A DNA stretch of 64,000 nucleotides from Phycisphaerae bacterium (GCA_050115495.1 JASFQK010000020.1:32001-96000); one strand, 5' to 3'. Shown: positions 44,559 through 55,870, counted from the first letter of the stretch. Notes: a model not told the origin generated them from the sequence alone. Made by a program: numbers and translations.

Positions 44559-46508
44559 ATGCTCAAGAATACGAGCCTGTCGCTGAAGATGGCCTTCGGT
44601 TTCGGTATTCTCATCGTCATCACGGCCGTGCTCGGCGTGGTCAGTTGGCGCGGCCTGACAAGCGTGTCCAGCATCGTGGCCCTGGACAGCCGCAGTAACG
44701 AGTGCCTCAAGACGCTCAACTCCTGCGCGGCCCTGCGCCGGGACTTCGCTATCAGTGGCTTCGCCAAGAAGGACGGCCAGACGAAGGACGCCTCCGAGCA
44801 GTGGCGTGAGGCCCACGCCCAACTCGTCAACCAGCTCCAGACGTTCCAAGGCGCTGACGGCCTGGACCGGCAGAAGCAGGCAATGGTCGGTAGCGCGCTC
44901 ACCGACGCGGCCAAGTACGAGAAGGTCTTCAACGACTTGGCGCAGGCTCGGCAGCTTCGGGACGAAGCCTTCGAGACCTGGAGCGAGGTCGGCTGGGACG
45001 TCACGCAGGACATCGGAGGTGTGCTGCAAAACGTGATTGAGCCGGCGCTGGCTGCGGCCCGCGAAGCCCAGCAGGTCGACGACATTGTTCGCTGGGCCGA
45101 CGTGGCCGATCGCCTGAATCAGGACGTCGTGCAGCGTTTCCTGCTCCTGCGCGTCTGCGCCGTCTACCTGCTGGCCACCAACGCCGATGCGCAGTGGACG
45201 GCCTACCAGGAGCAGTTACAGAAGACGCAGGAGGGGCTGGCCACGTGGACGAACCAGGTCAAAGGTGACCAGCAGCTCGAAACCGTGGCCGCCACGCTGG
45301 CCAAGCATATGCAGCGTTATACCGAAGCCGGGGAGCAGTACCGCCGTGGCATCCTGGCGGACCGGACGGCTGCCGCCGAGATGGCCGTCGTGGCGGGCAG
45401 CATCGTCAAGAGCATGAACGACCTCAGTGCTGGCCTGCGGACTGACCGCGAGGCCGTGTCCACGCGCAGCAACACGCTGACGATCGCGGTCTCGCTGGCC
45501 GCCATCATCTTCGGCGTGATCCTCGCCTTTGCCATCACGCGCAGCATCGTGAAGCCGATCAACCGCATCATCGCCGGCCTCAACGAAGGCGCCGACCAGG
45601 TCGACGACGCCGCCTCGCAGGTCGCCGAGGCTTCGCAGCAGCTTGCCTCCGGCGCCAGTGAGCAGGCCGCCTCGATCGAGGAGACCTCGAGCGCACTGGA
45701 AGAGATGGCGGCCATGACCCGCACCAACGCGGAGAACGCCAAGCAGGCCGACGGACTGACCGGCCAGGCCCGCGAAGCCGCGCAGAACGGCAACACGACG
45801 ATGCAGGAGCTCAACGGCGCCATGGCCGGCATCAACGAGTCGTCCGGCCAAATCAGCAAGATCATCAAGGTCATCGAGGAGATCGCCTTCCAGACGAACC
45901 TGCTGGCGCTCAACGCCGCGGTCGAGGCAGCCCGGGCCGGCGAGCACGGCAAGGGCTTCGCCGTCGTGGCCGAGGAGGTCCGCAATCTGGCGCAGCGCGC
46001 CGCCGGCGCCGCCCGCGAGACGACCGCCCTCATCGAGGACTCGGTCGAAAAAGCCCGCCAGGGCACCGGTGTGGCCGGCGAAGTGGACAAGTCCCTCAGC
46101 GGCATCGTCACCGACGTAGCCCGTGTCGCCGAACTGGTGAACGGCATCACCCGCGCTTCGGAAGAGCAGGCCCAGGGCGTCGAGCAGGTGAACGTGGCGG
46201 TTGCCCAGATGGACAAGGTCACGCAACAGAACGCCAGCGGTGCCGAGGAATGCGCCGCCGCCGCCGAGGAACTCTCGGCGCAGTCGCGGACCGTAAAGAG
46301 CATGGTGGATGAGCTGGCTGGCGTCATCCGCGGCGCCCAGAAGAGCCTCGAGCAGAACACCGAGGCCGGCAAGAAGCCGCGCCGGCGCCTCCAGGCGAAC
46401 GTCGCCCACATGCGTAAGCCGGCGCCGCCGGCGGCGAAGCAGCCGACGGAACACACGCCGGACGAGAGCTTCGCTCCGGCGGAGCCGGAAGGTCTCCAGG
46501 ACTTCTAA
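44559..46508 (+). CDS. Methyl-accepting chemotaxis protein
   Basis: AAGGAG SD, 2 TM, about 290-aa periplasmic helical sensor, [34 protein letters not shown]. Confidence 0.95.
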   Translation: MLKNTSLSLKMAFGFGILIVITAVLGVVSWRGLTSVSSIVALDSRSNECLKTLNSCAALRRDFAISGFAKKDGQTKDASEQWREAHAQLVNQLQTFQGADGLDRQKQAMVGSALTDAAKYEKVFNDLAQARQLRDEAFETWSEVGWDVTQDIGGVLQNVIEPALAAAREAQQVDDIVRWADVADRLNQDVVQRFLLLRVCAVYLLATNADAQWTAYQEQLQKTQEGLATWTNQVKGDQQLETVAATLAKHMQRYTEAGEQYRRGILADRTAAAEMAVVAGSIVKSMNDLSAGLRTDREAVSTRSNTLTIAVSLAAIIFGVILAFAITRSIVKPINRIIAGLNEGADQVDDAASQVAEASQQLASGASEQAASIEETSSALEEMAAMTRTNAENAKQADGLTGQAREAAQNGNTTMQELNGAMAGINESSGQISKIIKVIEEIAFQTNLLALNAAVEAARAGEHGKGFAVVAEEVRNLAQRAAGAARETTALIEDSVEKARQGTGVAGEVDKSLSGIVTDVARVAELVNGITRASEEQAQGVEQVNVAVAQMDKVTQQNASGAEECAAAAEELSAQSRTVKSMVDELAGVIRGAQKSLEQNTEAGKKPRRRLQANVAHMRKPAPPAAKQPTEHTPDESFAPAEPEGLQDF

Positions 46509-46617
46509 CGCCTGTGCCCTGCGCCGGGCACGCTGGTGGACACCGGACCGGCTTGACCGGTGTGACCAGCGGTCCATGACGCCGCCAGGCTCCGCGGGGG
46601 ATAGGCTGGAAGCGCGC

Positions 46618-46657
46618 GGGCGGGTCCCCGATGGCTCAGGGGACCCGCTCCTTTTCT
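46618..46657 (+). terminator. Intrinsic terminator between the convergent MCP and dnaE genes
   Basis: GGGCGGGTCCCC-9 nt-GGGGACCCGCTC followed by CTTTTCT. Confidence 0.7.
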
Positions 46658-46673
46658 ATGGCGGTCGAATCGC

Positions 46674-49600
46674 TCAGGGAGCTGTTGCCGCCTGCGGGCC
46701 ACGGCAGCGGATACGCTCGGGGCCGACCAGCGCTCCCAGACGCTTCAGGAAGTCGTCGCTGACGTCCACGCCCGCGTTCGATCCCGCCCGGAGCAGTACC
46801 TGCTCGCCGCTCGGCAGGCTGACGTCGAAGTACACGGCGCAGCGGCCCCGGTGACCCACGCAGATTTCGCGGATGCCGGGCAGCACCTCGAGCATCGCCG
46901 GCGCGCTGGACAGACGGACGAAGAGCTGCTCGGCGAGTTTCTGACGGGCCTGCTCGATGGGGATGATATCCGCCACGCGCAGTGACGGATTCTCTCGCCG
47001 CGTGTCCAACTCCCCCTGCACGAACACGAGCGCGTCCGGCTTCAGCAGCGGCCGCAGCCGTTCCGGCGCGTCGGGAAAAACCAGGGCCTCAACCGAGCCG
47101 GCGAAGTCCTCCAGCGTCAGCACCAGCATCTTCTTGCCCGCACTGCGCCCCTGGCGGATGGCCACCGGCCGCACGTGCGTGATCAGGGCGCCGAGCGTCA
47201 CCATCATCCCGCGCTGCGGGCGGCGCCGGCCCTCCGTCGAACCGCGCCCCTGCCGGGCGGCAAGCAGATCCAGTCCCGCCGTGTCGGTCGTGCTCAGCTC
47301 GCGCACCAGGTCGCGGTACTGCGCCAGGGGATGATGCGTGATGTACAGCCCGAGCGCGGCCTTCTCGTGGGCCAGCATCTCCGCATCGGTCCACTCCGCC
47401 GTTCCCAGCGGCGGACGCGGCGGAGCAGCGTCGCCGAGTTCGCCGAAGATGCTGAGCTGTCCGGCGCGGCGGTCGCGCTGGCAGGCCTGCCCGAGCTCGA
47501 TGGCCTTCTCGCGCACGTCCATCAGGGCGCGGCGCATGGCGCCCGTGCCGTCGAAGGCCCCGGCCTTGATCAGGGCCTCCAGCGCTGACTTGTTCACCGC
47601 CGTCAGGTCCACTCGCTCACAGAAATCGAACACGTCGCCGAACGGGCCGCCCTCGCGGCGAGCATCGAGAATGGCCTGCACCGCCTTGTGCCCCACGCCG
47701 CTGATCGCCGCCAGCCCGAAGCGAATCTCGCCCCGCCCGCGCGCCGCGGCGTCTTGTTTGTCCGCAGCCGGCGGATACACCACCGTGAAGGCCTCGTCGC
47801 TCTCGTTGACGTCCGGCGGCTTGACCGGGATGCCCACGCTGTCGTCGCGCTGCCGCAGCCGGCGGCACTCGTCGATGTACGCGGCGATCTTCTCGGCGTT
47901 GCCGCTTTCATACGTGAGCAGTGCCGCCATGCATTCGGCCGGGTAATAGCGCTTCAGGTACGCCGTCTGGAAGGCCACCACCGCGTAGGCCGTCGAGTGC
48001 GCCTTGTTAAACGCGTAGCCGCCAAACTTCAGGATGTCGTCGAAGATCTGCTCGGCCACCTCGCGACGCACGCCGCTGCTGACCGACCCATCGAGGAAGG
48101 GGCCGCGCTCGGCGTCGATCATGGCCGTCTTCTTCTTGGAGATCGCCTTGGCCAGGCGGAAGGCCCGGCGCAGCGGCACGCCGCCGAGGCGGTTGACCAT
48201 GCGCGAGACCTGCTCCTGGTAAACCATGATGCCGTGCGTCTCGCGGAGCACCTCGGTCATCGTCTCATGTGGCGTGGTCCACGAGCGGCCGTGCTTGCGG
48301 GCGACGTACTCGTCGATGTACTCCATCGGGCCGGGGCGGAAGAGGGCGTTCGCGGCGATGAGGTCCTCGATGCGGTTCGGCTTCATCTTCATGAGCACGT
48401 CGCGCATCCCACCCGACTCGAACTGGAAGATGCCGCGCGTCTCGCCGCGAGCGAGCAGCTCGTAGACGGCCTGGTCGGTTAGGTCCAGCTTCTCGAGGTC
48501 GATGGTGACGCCGTGGTGCTGCTCGACGAGCCGGCAGGCCCGGCGAATCTGGGCTAGCGTGCGCAGGCCGAGCAGGTCCAGCTTCAGCAGGCCGACCTTC
48601 TCGACCGTCGGTCCCTCGAACTGCGTCGTCACGTCGTCGGCGTCAGCGGGCTTGTGCAGCGGTACGAGTTCGTCGAGCGGCTGGTCGGCGATGACCACGC
48701 CGGCCGCATGCACGGAAGCGTGCCGGGCCAGCCCCTCCAATCGCCGGGCCAAGTCGAGCACCTCGTGAATCGTCTCGTCGCGGTCGTAGAGCTCGCGCAA
48801 CTCGGTCTCGCGCTCAAGCGCCTTGTCGATGGTCATCTTGAGCTCTTCGGGGACGAGGCGGACGATGCTGTTGACCTGCTCGAGCGGCACCTCCAGGGCC
48901 CGTCCGACGTCGCGAATCGCCGCCCGCGGCATCAGGCGCCCGAAGGTGATGATCTGCGCCACGTGGCCGTACTTGCGACGGACGTATTCGATCAACTCCT
49001 GACGGCGGTCCTGGGCGATGTCCATGTCGATGTCGGGCATCTCGTCGCGTTCGGGGTCCATGAAGCGCTCGAAGTACAGCCCGTAGCGCAGCGGATCGAC
49101 CGTGCTGATACCCAGGCAGTAGCCGACGACCGTGCTGCATCCGCTGCCGCGGGCCACGGTCAGAATGTCGTGCTCGTGGGCGTAGCGGGTGAGATCCCAG
49201 ACGATCAGGAAGTAGCCGCTGAAGCCCTTGCTGCTGATCACGCCCAGCTCATAGTCGATGCGCTCGCGCAGCTCGTCCGTGACCTCGCCGTACCGCCGCG
49301 GGACACCCGCATAGACCAGTTCACGCAGGTAGTCGTCGGCGGTCTTCTCGTCCGGCGGCGTGAACTTCGGCGCGAAGCGGCGGGAGAAGTCGAACTCGAT
49401 GTTGCACTGCTCGGCGACGCTCACCGTGTTGTCGAGGGCCTCGGCGTAGTCGGGCAGCGCGGCGGCCATCTCATCGTAGGACTTGAGATAGAACTGGTCG
49501 GACTCGAAGCGGAACCGCTTCTCGTCGTTGATGCGCGACCGGGTCGAGATGCAGCAAAGCACATCGTGGGCTCGCACGTCGTCGCGCCCGAGATAATGGA

Positions 49601-50243
49601 CATCATTGGTCGCAATCGTGCGCAGGCCGAGCTGCCGGGCGAGATCCGCCAGCTCCTGGTTGACCTGCTTCTGCTCGGGCAGGCCATGGTCCTGAAACTC
49701 GATGAGGAAGCGCTCGGGGCCAAAGATGCTGGCGTATTCCTCGGCGATGGCGCGCGCTGACGTCCGGTCGCCGCGAAGGAGCGCCTGCGGGATCTCGGCG
49801 CCGAGGCAGCCGCTGGCGCAGATAAGGCCGTCGGCGTGCTCGCGGAGGATGGCGCGGTCGATGCGCGGCTTGTAGTAGAACCCTTCGAGGTAGCCGATGC
49901 TGGAGAGCTTGACGAGGTTCTGATAACCGCGGAGGTTCATGGCCAGGAGCAGGAGGTGGAAGGCGGCCTCGCGCAGGCCACCGGCCTCCTTGTCCCGTCG
50001 ATCGCCGGGGGCGAGGTACATCTCACAGCCGATAATCGGCTTCACGCCGGCCTTGACGGCGTTGCTGTAAAACTCGATGGCGCCGAAGAGATTGCCGTGG
50101 TCGGTGAGGGCGACGGCGGGCATGCCCATGCGGGCGGCGGCGGCGGCGAGATCCTTCGTGCGGCACGCCCCGTCGAGCAGCGAAAACTCCGAGTGCACAT
50201 GCAGATGGACGAATGGCCGACTTGCTGTGTCGTCTTTGCTCAT
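46674..50243 (-). CDS. dnaE: DNA polymerase III alpha subunit
   Basis: HLHVHSEFSLLDG, RGSG, FERF, PDIDMD, KLDLLGL, YAFNKAHS; OB domain. Confidence 0.98.
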   Translation of the reverse strand: MSKDDTASRPFVHLHVHSEFSLLDGACRTKDLAAAAARMGMPAVALTDHGNLFGAIEFYSNAVKAGVKPIIGCEMYLAPGDRRDKEAGGLREAAFHLLLLAMNLRGYQNLVKLSSIGYLEGFYYKPRIDRAILREHADGLICASGCLGAEIPQALLRGDRTSARAIAEEYASIFGPERFLIEFQDHGLPEQKQVNQELADLARQLGLRTIATNDVHYLGRDDVRAHDVLCCISTRSRINDEKRFRFESDQFYLKSYDEMAAALPDYAEALDNTVSVAEQCNIEFDFSRRFAPKFTPPDEKTADDYLRELVYAGVPRRYGEVTDELRERIDYELGVISSKGFSGYFLIVWDLTRYAHEHDILTVARGSGCSTVVGYCLGISTVDPLRYGLYFERFMDPERDEMPDIDMDIAQDRRQELIEYVRRKYGHVAQIITFGRLMPRAAIRDVGRALEVPLEQVNSIVRLVPEELKMTIDKALERETELRELYDRDETIHEVLDLARRLEGLARHASVHAAGVVIADQPLDELVPLHKPADADDVTTQFEGPTVEKVGLLKLDLLGLRTLAQIRRACRLVEQHHGVTIDLEKLDLTDQAVYELLARGETRGIFQFESGGMRDVLMKMKPNRIEDLIAANALFRPGPMEYIDEYVARKHGRSWTTPHETMTEVLRETHGIMVYQEQVSRMVNRLGGVPLRRAFRLAKAISKKKTAMIDAERGPFLDGSVSSGVRREVAEQIFDDILKFGGYAFNKAHSTAYAVVAFQTAYLKRYYPAECMAALLTYESGNAEKIAAYIDECRRLRQRDDSVGIPVKPPDVNESDEAFTVVYPPAADKQDAAARGRGEIRFGLAAISGVGHKAVQAILDARREGGPFGDVFDFCERVDLTAVNKSALEALIKAGAFDGTGAMRRALMDVREKAIELGQACQRDRRAGQLSIFGELGDAAPPRPPLGTAEWTDAEMLAHEKAALGLYITHHPLAQYRDLVRELSTTDTAGLDLLAARQGRGSTEGRRRPQRGMMVTLGALITHVRPVAIRQGRSAGKKMLVLTLEDFAGSVEALVFPDAPERLRPLLKPDALVFVQGELDTRRENPSLRVADIIPIEQARQKLAEQLFVRLSSAPAMLEVLPGIREICVGHRGRCAVYFDVSLPSGEQVLLRAGSNAGVDVSDDFLKRLGALVGPERIRCRGPQAATAP

Positions 50244-50629
50244 CCGTTCGCGCCTCCTTACCCGCAGCGCGTGGCCCGCGCCGGCCGGATCGTACGGCGC
50301 AACGGCGCGGCGGGCAAACGCGCGTTGTGGTTCGTGAAGCGCTGTATGCCGGCCTTCTGCGACGCATCGGATAAGGAGTGTCGCCTAGGGCGTTTTCCCT
50401 ACTCACGCCGCCGCGCAAAGGCGTCGATACACCTTCACGGCAGGCGCGAGGGGCATGCGAACCGCTGCCATCCACCCTGCCACCTGTCCAGACCGATGGA
50501 GCCGTCGCGTGAGGGGGCGGAGGCGCGCCGGGCCTCGTGATTTGATGGTCGTCGACGCGCAGTAGCGCGGCGGCGTCGCGCTCGGACCGGATGCGGGGGA
50601 TCGGGCCAGAGCCTCTGGGAGTGCATGTC

Positions 50630-52558
50630 ATGCTCAAACGACTTACGGTTGGAGCGAGAATCGCGCTTGGTTTCGCCACGGTGCTGGCGCTGCTGGTGGT
50701 CATGGGCGGCATGTCCATGCTGACGGTGCGTTCGCTGGCCACCAGCGCGGAAGAGGCCCGCGAGGGCAACGAGCTGGACACGCAACTGGCCGACGTCGAG
50801 GTCGCGCACCTCGAGTGGGCCGGCAAGGTCAACGCCCTGCTCAGCGATCCTTCGGTGACGGAACTCGCCGTGCAGACCGACGATCACAAGTGCTCGCTGG
50901 GCCAATGGCTCTACGGTGAGGAGCGCCAGAAGGCCGAACAGGCCGTACCGGAGATCGCCCCCCTGTTGAAGGAAATCGAGGGTCATCACGCCGCGCTGCA
51001 CCACACGGCCATCGAAATCAAGGATGCGTTTCAGCCGGCCGACCCGACACTCGCCACGACGCTGGCGCTGCGGGAGATCGACCACTTGGCCTGGGCGGAC
51101 AAGATCAGGGATCTGCTGCTCGGCAACGCGGCCCAGCTCGACGTGCAAACCGACCCAGCCAAGTGCGGCTTCGGAAAGTGGCTCAGCAGCGATGAGGCCC
51201 GCCGGGTGAGCGCGGCCAATCCGGAGCTGGCCAAGCTCCTGGCGGCCATCGCCACGCCGCACGAGCAGTTGCATCGCTCCGCCGAGAAGATCGCCGCCGC
51301 CTGGAACGCGGACGATGCGCAGGCGAAATCGGCGGCGCAGACGGTCTTCAACGAGCAGACGCTGCCGGCGCTGGCCGAAGTGCGGGGGAAGCTGGACGAA
51401 TGCCGGCAGTGCGTGAACCAGTCCCTGGCCGGGGCTGCGGAGGCCACGGACGTCTTCTACAAGCAGACCAAACCGGCCCTGGCCAGCGTGCAGAGTCTGC
51501 TGCATGACGTACGCGAGCGTGTACGGAAGCACGTGGACGAGACCAGGCTGGCCATGCAGACGTCACAGCAGCGGGCGCAAATGGGCACGGCCGGTCTGGC
51601 CCTGGCGGCCATCGTCATCGGCGGCATACTCGCCTTCTTCATCTCCCGTGGCATTGTGAAGACGCTACGGCGTGTGATCGTGAACCTGGACGCGGGAGCC
51701 AACCAGGTCAGCGAGGCGTCCAGCCAGGTATCCTCCGCCGCCCAGCAACTTGCCGAAGGGGCGAGCGAACAGGCCTCGTCGCTGGAAGAGACCAGTGCGG
51801 CCCTCGAGCAAATGACCGCCATGACCCGCACCAACGCCGAGAACGCCAAGCAGGCCACGCATTTCACCGGCGAGGCCCGGGAGGCTGTGCAGACCGGCGG
51901 CCAGACGACCGCGCAGCTCAACGAGGCGATGTCCGCCATCAACGAGTCCGCCACCCAGGTCAGCAAGATCGTCAAGGCCATCGAGGAGATCGCCTTCCAG
52001 ACGAACCTGCTCGCCCTCAACGCCGCGGTTGAGGCCGCTCGCGCCGGCGAGCAGGGCAAGGGCTTCGCCGTCGTCGCCGAGGAAGTGCGGAACCTGGCAA
52101 TGCGGTCGGCGGAGGCCGCTCGCGAAACGACCACGCTGATCGAAGGATCGGTCCAGCGGGCGCGGCAGGGAACGACAGTGGCCGGCGAAGTGACCAACGT
52201 GCTGACGGCCATCACCGGCTCGGTCGCCCGAATCGCCGAGCTCATCGACGGCATCGCCAGCGCGTCAGATGAACAGGCCCAGGGTGTCGAGCAGATCAGC
52301 ACCGCCGTGTCCCAGATGGACCGCGTCACGCAGAACAACGCTGCCGGCGCTGAGGAATCAGCCTCCGCGTCCGAGGAGTTGAACGCTCAGGCAACCTCGC
52401 TGAGGAACATGGTGAACGCACTCGTGGCGCTCGTCGGCGGAGCGACTCACGAAACCGGCGGCGCACCACAGAACAGGCGGCCGGCAGCACGCGCTGCCGC
52501 GTCCGAGCAGTCGGTGGCGGCCGAGCAACAGGAAAGTGCCGAGTTCAGTGAGTTCTAG
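50630..52558 (+). CDS. Methyl-accepting chemotaxis protein with two CZB (zinc-binding) domains
   Basis: TM1, two copies of H-x-x-W...C-x-[LF]G-x-W...H-x3-H, TM2, signalling hairpin. Confidence 0.93.
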   Translation: MLKRLTVGARIALGFATVLALLVVMGGMSMLTVRSLATSAEEAREGNELDTQLADVEVAHLEWAGKVNALLSDPSVTELAVQTDDHKCSLGQWLYGEERQKAEQAVPEIAPLLKEIEGHHAALHHTAIEIKDAFQPADPTLATTLALREIDHLAWADKIRDLLLGNAAQLDVQTDPAKCGFGKWLSSDEARRVSAANPELAKLLAAIATPHEQLHRSAEKIAAAWNADDAQAKSAAQTVFNEQTLPALAEVRGKLDECRQCVNQSLAGAAEATDVFYKQTKPALASVQSLLHDVRERVRKHVDETRLAMQTSQQRAQMGTAGLALAAIVIGGILAFFISRGIVKTLRRVIVNLDAGANQVSEASSQVSSAAQQLAEGASEQASSLEETSAALEQMTAMTRTNAENAKQATHFTGEAREAVQTGGQTTAQLNEAMSAINESATQVSKIVKAIEEIAFQTNLLALNAAVEAARAGEQGKGFAVVAEEVRNLAMRSAEAARETTTLIEGSVQRARQGTTVAGEVTNVLTAITGSVARIAELIDGIASASDEQAQGVEQISTAVSQMDRVTQNNAAGAEESASASEELNAQATSLRNMVNALVALVGGATHETGGAPQNRRPAARAAASEQSVAAEQQESAEFSEF

Positions 52559-53204
52559 CGGCCTGACGGTCGTGCAGCCGGGCCAGCAAGGCGATGATGG
52601 CCTGGGCCTGGCGGGACTTCGCGGCGGTGGGTAGCGCCTGCCAACCGCTGCCGCGCTCGAGGATCTCGACGGCCGTCCGCTGGGCGCCAATGGCCTCGGG
52701 CCGGTTCAGCACGATGGCGTCGAGGCGCTTGCGCCGCAGTTTCTCTACCGCACGCTGCCGCGGGGCCCGGTCCTCCAGCGCAAAGCCGATGACGACCTGG
52801 TCGGCCCGCCGGTCGGCGGCGAGCGTGGCCAGGATGTCCACGGTCGGTTCGAGCCGCAGCACTCGCCCGCGGGGGGATTTCTTGAGCTTGGTCGGTGCGG
52901 CCTGCGCCGGCGCGTAGTCGGCGACCGCCGCGGCCATGATGAGGGCGTCCTGCCGCGGCCAACAGTCCTGGCACGCCGCCAGCATGTCTGCCGCCGACAC
53001 GACGGGGATTGCCCGCACGCCGGCCGGCGCCGCGAGCGCCACCGGCCCGTGCACCAACGTCACCCGCCAGCCACGTCGCCGCGCCGCTTCCGCCAGCGCG
53101 AAGCCCATCCGCCCCGATGAGTCGTTCGAGAGATAGCGAACGGGATCCAGGTATTCGCGGGTGGGGCCGGCGGTGATCAGCAGACGCAGGGGCGTACGTC
53201 TCAT
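52545..53204 (-). CDS. coaB: Phosphopantothenate-cysteine ligase (CoaB domain)
   Basis: [39 protein letters not shown]. Confidence 0.92.
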   Translation of the reverse strand: MRRTPLRLLITAGPTREYLDPVRYLSNDSSGRMGFALAEAARRRGWRVTLVHGPVALAAPAGVRAIPVVSAADMLAACQDCWPRQDALIMAAAVADYAPAQAAPTKLKKSPRGRVLRLEPTVDILATLAADRRADQVVIGFALEDRAPRQRAVEKLRRKRLDAIVLNRPEAIGAQRTAVEILERGSGWQALPTAAKSRQAQAIIALLARLHDRQAARTH

Positions 53205-53205
53205 A

Positions 53206-53844
53206 TCACGCGTCGTCGGCGGGCCGGCACTTGGGCGACCGCCGCAGGAGTTGCTTGCGGATGGCGTCGAGCAGTGCTTCCGGCTCGCTCATACGTCCGC
53301 GGCCGGTTGTGCCGCAGGCCAAGCGCCCCTTCTCCGGTCCGACGAAGAGGATGCCGGCGTCGCGCAGCCACGCGGCGTTGCGCTGCACCGACGCATGCTC
53401 CCACATGCGCACGTTCATCGCCGGCGCGAGCAGCACCGGGCTGTCGACGCCGAGCAGCAGCGTGCTGACCAGGTCGTCGGCGATACCATGGGCGAGCTTG
53501 CCGATGATGTTGGCCGTGGCCGGGGCGACCACGACGAGGTCGGCGGCGGCGGTGAGGCTCAGGTGGCTGATCTCGCCCGTCTTCGACCAGAGGCTGGTGG
53601 CGACAGGCCGGCCGGTGAGGGCCTGGAACGTGGTGGGTCCGACGAACCGCCGGGCGTGGCGGGTCATGGCCACGCTCACGCCGCAGCCGAGCTGGGTCAG
53701 CTCGGAAACGAGCGCGGCGATCTTGAAGGCGGCGATCCCCCCGCACACGCAGACGAGCACCTCGTAGCCGACCAGGGGTGGCTGGCCGGTGTCGGCGGTG
53801 CGGCCGGCGCCAGCCGGGCTACGCTTCGGTGCCGGGCGGGACAA
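53206..53844 (-). CDS. coaC: Phosphopantothenoylcysteine decarboxylase (CoaC flavoprotein domain)
   Basis: GGIAAFK, VAPATAN, APAMNVRMW, LACGTTGRGRM. Start uncertain. Confidence 0.92.
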   Translation of the reverse strand: MSRPAPKRSPAGAGRTADTGQPPLVGYEVLVCVCGGIAAFKIAALVSELTQLGCGVSVAMTRHARRFVGPTTFQALTGRPVATSLWSKTGEISHLSLTAAADLVVVAPATANIIGKLAHGIADDLVSTLLLGVDSPVLLAPAMNVRMWEHASVQRNAAWLRDAGILFVGPEKGRLACGTTGRGRMSEPEALLDAIRKQLLRRSPKCRPADDA

Positions 53845-54046
53845 GGCCGGACGCCTCGTAGTCGATGCCGACCTTGTCGGCCAGGATCTCGTCGATAACG
53901 ATTTCCATGGGCGTCTTGCCCATGGTCTCGACCATGGGGCGGGCGCCCTGCATCAGCTCGAGCCAGCGCCGCTGGATCAGGGTGGTGAGCTTGAAGCGGC
54001 CGCCAACCTTCCGAATGATCTCGTCGCTTTGCAGAGGGGTGATCAT
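53819..54046 (-). CDS. rpoZ: RNA polymerase omega subunit
   Basis: KVGGRFKLTTLIQRR; conserved gmk-rpoZ-coaBC order. Confidence 0.9.
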   Translation of the reverse strand: MITPLQSDEIIRKVGGRFKLTTLIQRRWLELMQGARPMVETMGKTPMEIVIDEILADKVGIDYEASGLVPPGTEA

Positions 54047-54624
54047 GCCCGCGTCGTCTCCTGCTCGATGATTCGCATCACCTCGTTGACCGAATCCTCT
54101 AGTATATCATTCGTGATGAAGTATGGGTAGTACCCGCTGGACCGGGCGAAACCGATCTCCCCGTCGGCCTTCGCCAGGCGCTTATCCTGGAGGGCCTCCG
54201 TCTCGGTTTTCCGGCCTTCCAGCCGGGCCCGGAGTGTCTCCCGCGTCGGCGGCAGCACGAAGACCCGGACCGAGTCGGGCACGGCCTGGGCGATCTGGGC
54301 CCCGCCCTGTACGTCGATCTCCATGATGATGATCTCGCCCGCCGCCACGGCCTCCTCGACGGGTTTTCGAGGCGTGCCGTAGCCGTTGCCGAGGTACTCG
54401 GCGTGCTCCAGGAGCTCGCCCGCGGCCACGAGGCGGTCGTATTCCTCCCGGCTGATGAAGTGGTACGCCTGCCCGTCGACCTCGTGCCCACGCATCGGGC
54501 GGGTCGTCACCGATATGGACCAGCGGCTGTTCGGAATGCGCCGCAGCAGCTCGTCACAGATCGACGTCTTGCCCGCGCCCGACGGTCCGCTAATCACCAC
54601 CAGTTTGCCACGCTGTCTGCTCAT
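54043..54624 (-). CDS. gmk: Guanylate kinase
   Basis: ISGPSGAGKT, SVTTRPMR, YGTP, EIDVQG. Confidence 0.96.
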   Translation of the reverse strand: MSRQRGKLVVISGPSGAGKTSICDELLRRIPNSRWSISVTTRPMRGHEVDGQAYHFISREEYDRLVAAGELLEHAEYLGNGYGTPRKPVEEAVAAGEIIIMEIDVQGGAQIAQAVPDSVRVFVLPPTRETLRARLEGRKTETEALQDKRLAKADGEIGFARSSGYYPYFITNDILEDSVNEVMRIIEQETTRA

Positions 54625-54632
54625 GGGCGGGA

Positions 54633-55772
54633 TTATGGACCGATTGGCGAATCAGTGCCAGACGACCCCCGCAGGCGGGCGGCGACGTCCGTGGCGGCAG
54701 CGGGCCGGCCCAACTTGTGCGCCGCGACGGCCATCAGCGACCGCGTCGCCGGCTCGGCCAGGCGTTGCAGGGCAGCCAGCACGTCCGGCCCATTCTCGGC
54801 GGCGTCGCGGCGATCCTCGACGAGAATGGCGGCGCCGGCGTCGACGAGCACCTGCGCGTTGACATGCTGGTGGCGGTCGCGGTGAAACGGGTACGGCAGC
54901 AGGATCGACGGCCGGCCCAGGGCGGTCAGCTCGGCCAGCGTCGAGGCCCCGGCCCGCGAGACGACGGCATCCGCCGCCGCCAGCGCGTGCGGCATGTCGT
55001 GAGTGAAGGCGAGCACGCGGACGGTCGGCGGGTTCAGACCGAGGCGGGCGTACCCCGCGCGAATCTCCGCCTCGTCGGCCGGGCCGGTCAGGTGCAGAAG
55101 CTGCCATTCCGGATGCTGCTGGGCGAACCACGGCCAGATGCTGAGGATGGTCTGGTTGACGGTGCGGGCGCCCTGTGAAGCTCCGGTAACCAGCAGCAGC
55201 GGCCTCGCTGGATCCATGTCGAAGAAGCGCTTGGCGGCATCCGGTTCGGGCGGGTCGGCGAACGCGGGGCGGATCGGGCAGCCCAGCGCGTGGCAGTTGT
55301 CCCGCCCGCCGAAGTACGCCCGCGAGACGTCCCACTGCATCACGACCAGATCGACCTTACTACCCAGGAAGCGGTTGGCTCGGCCGGGGACGGCATCCGG
55401 GTTCAGGATCGCCGTCCGAATGCCCAGGTCGTGCGCCGCGACGACCGGTGCGCCGGCCGCGTAGCCGCCCAGCCCGAGCACCGCGGCCACGTCGTGCTCT
55501 ATCAGGAACTTCCGGGCGGCGGCGATGCTTTGACGCCAGGCGCGCCAGAAGCCGAACCAGCGCCAGGGGCGCATCGTGAAGGGCCATACGATCTGCGGCA
55601 CCTGGGCGTAAGGCGTGCGCTCGAGCAGATTGCGGTCGAGCGGCCGGCCGGTCGTGAAGAATGTGATCTTCGCCTGCGGTTCGAGTTTGCAGAGCGCATC
55701 GGCGACGGCGAGGCCGGGGTACAGGTGTCCGCCGGTGCCGCCGCCCGCGAAGACGTAGTGTTGAGCCGCCAT
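54633..55772 (-). CDS. murG: UDP-GlcNAc:lipid I GlcNAc transferase
   Basis: AGGGTGGHLYPG, GLGGY, PGRANR, GASQGA, SRAGAST, HQHVNA. Confidence 0.95.
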   Translation of the reverse strand: MAAQHYVFAGGGTGGHLYPGLAVADALCKLEPQAKITFFTTGRPLDRNLLERTPYAQVPQIVWPFTMRPWRWFGFWRAWRQSIAAARKFLIEHDVAAVLGLGGYAAGAPVVAAHDLGIRTAILNPDAVPGRANRFLGSKVDLVVMQWDVSRAYFGGRDNCHALGCPIRPAFADPPEPDAAKRFFDMDPARPLLLVTGASQGARTVNQTILSIWPWFAQQHPEWQLLHLTGPADEAEIRAGYARLGLNPPTVRVLAFTHDMPHALAAADAVVSRAGASTLAELTALGRPSILLPYPFHRDRHQHVNAQVLVDAGAAILVEDRRDAAENGPDVLAALQRLAEPATRSLMAVAAHKLGRPAAATDVAARLRGSSGTDSPIGP

Positions 55773-55870
55773 CGCGGGCATCTTAGCGTGCGGCCGGCTG
55801 CGGCGCAAACGCCTCGGCGCCGCGCCGTGTTTGCTTGCCGGCGGAGCAGGCCGCGCTACAATGACCGCCC

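Noticed and set aside
45872..52011. 33-bp identical direct repeat flanking dnaE (45872-45904 and 51979-52011)
   Set aside because: Both copies encode the conserved [11 protein letters not shown] hairpin of paralogous MCPs; they are not mobile-element boundaries.
52545..53844. Split coaBC as a frameshifted pseudogene
   Set aside because: Both halves are intact with their own start and stop codons; separate coaB and coaC genes are known in other bacteria.
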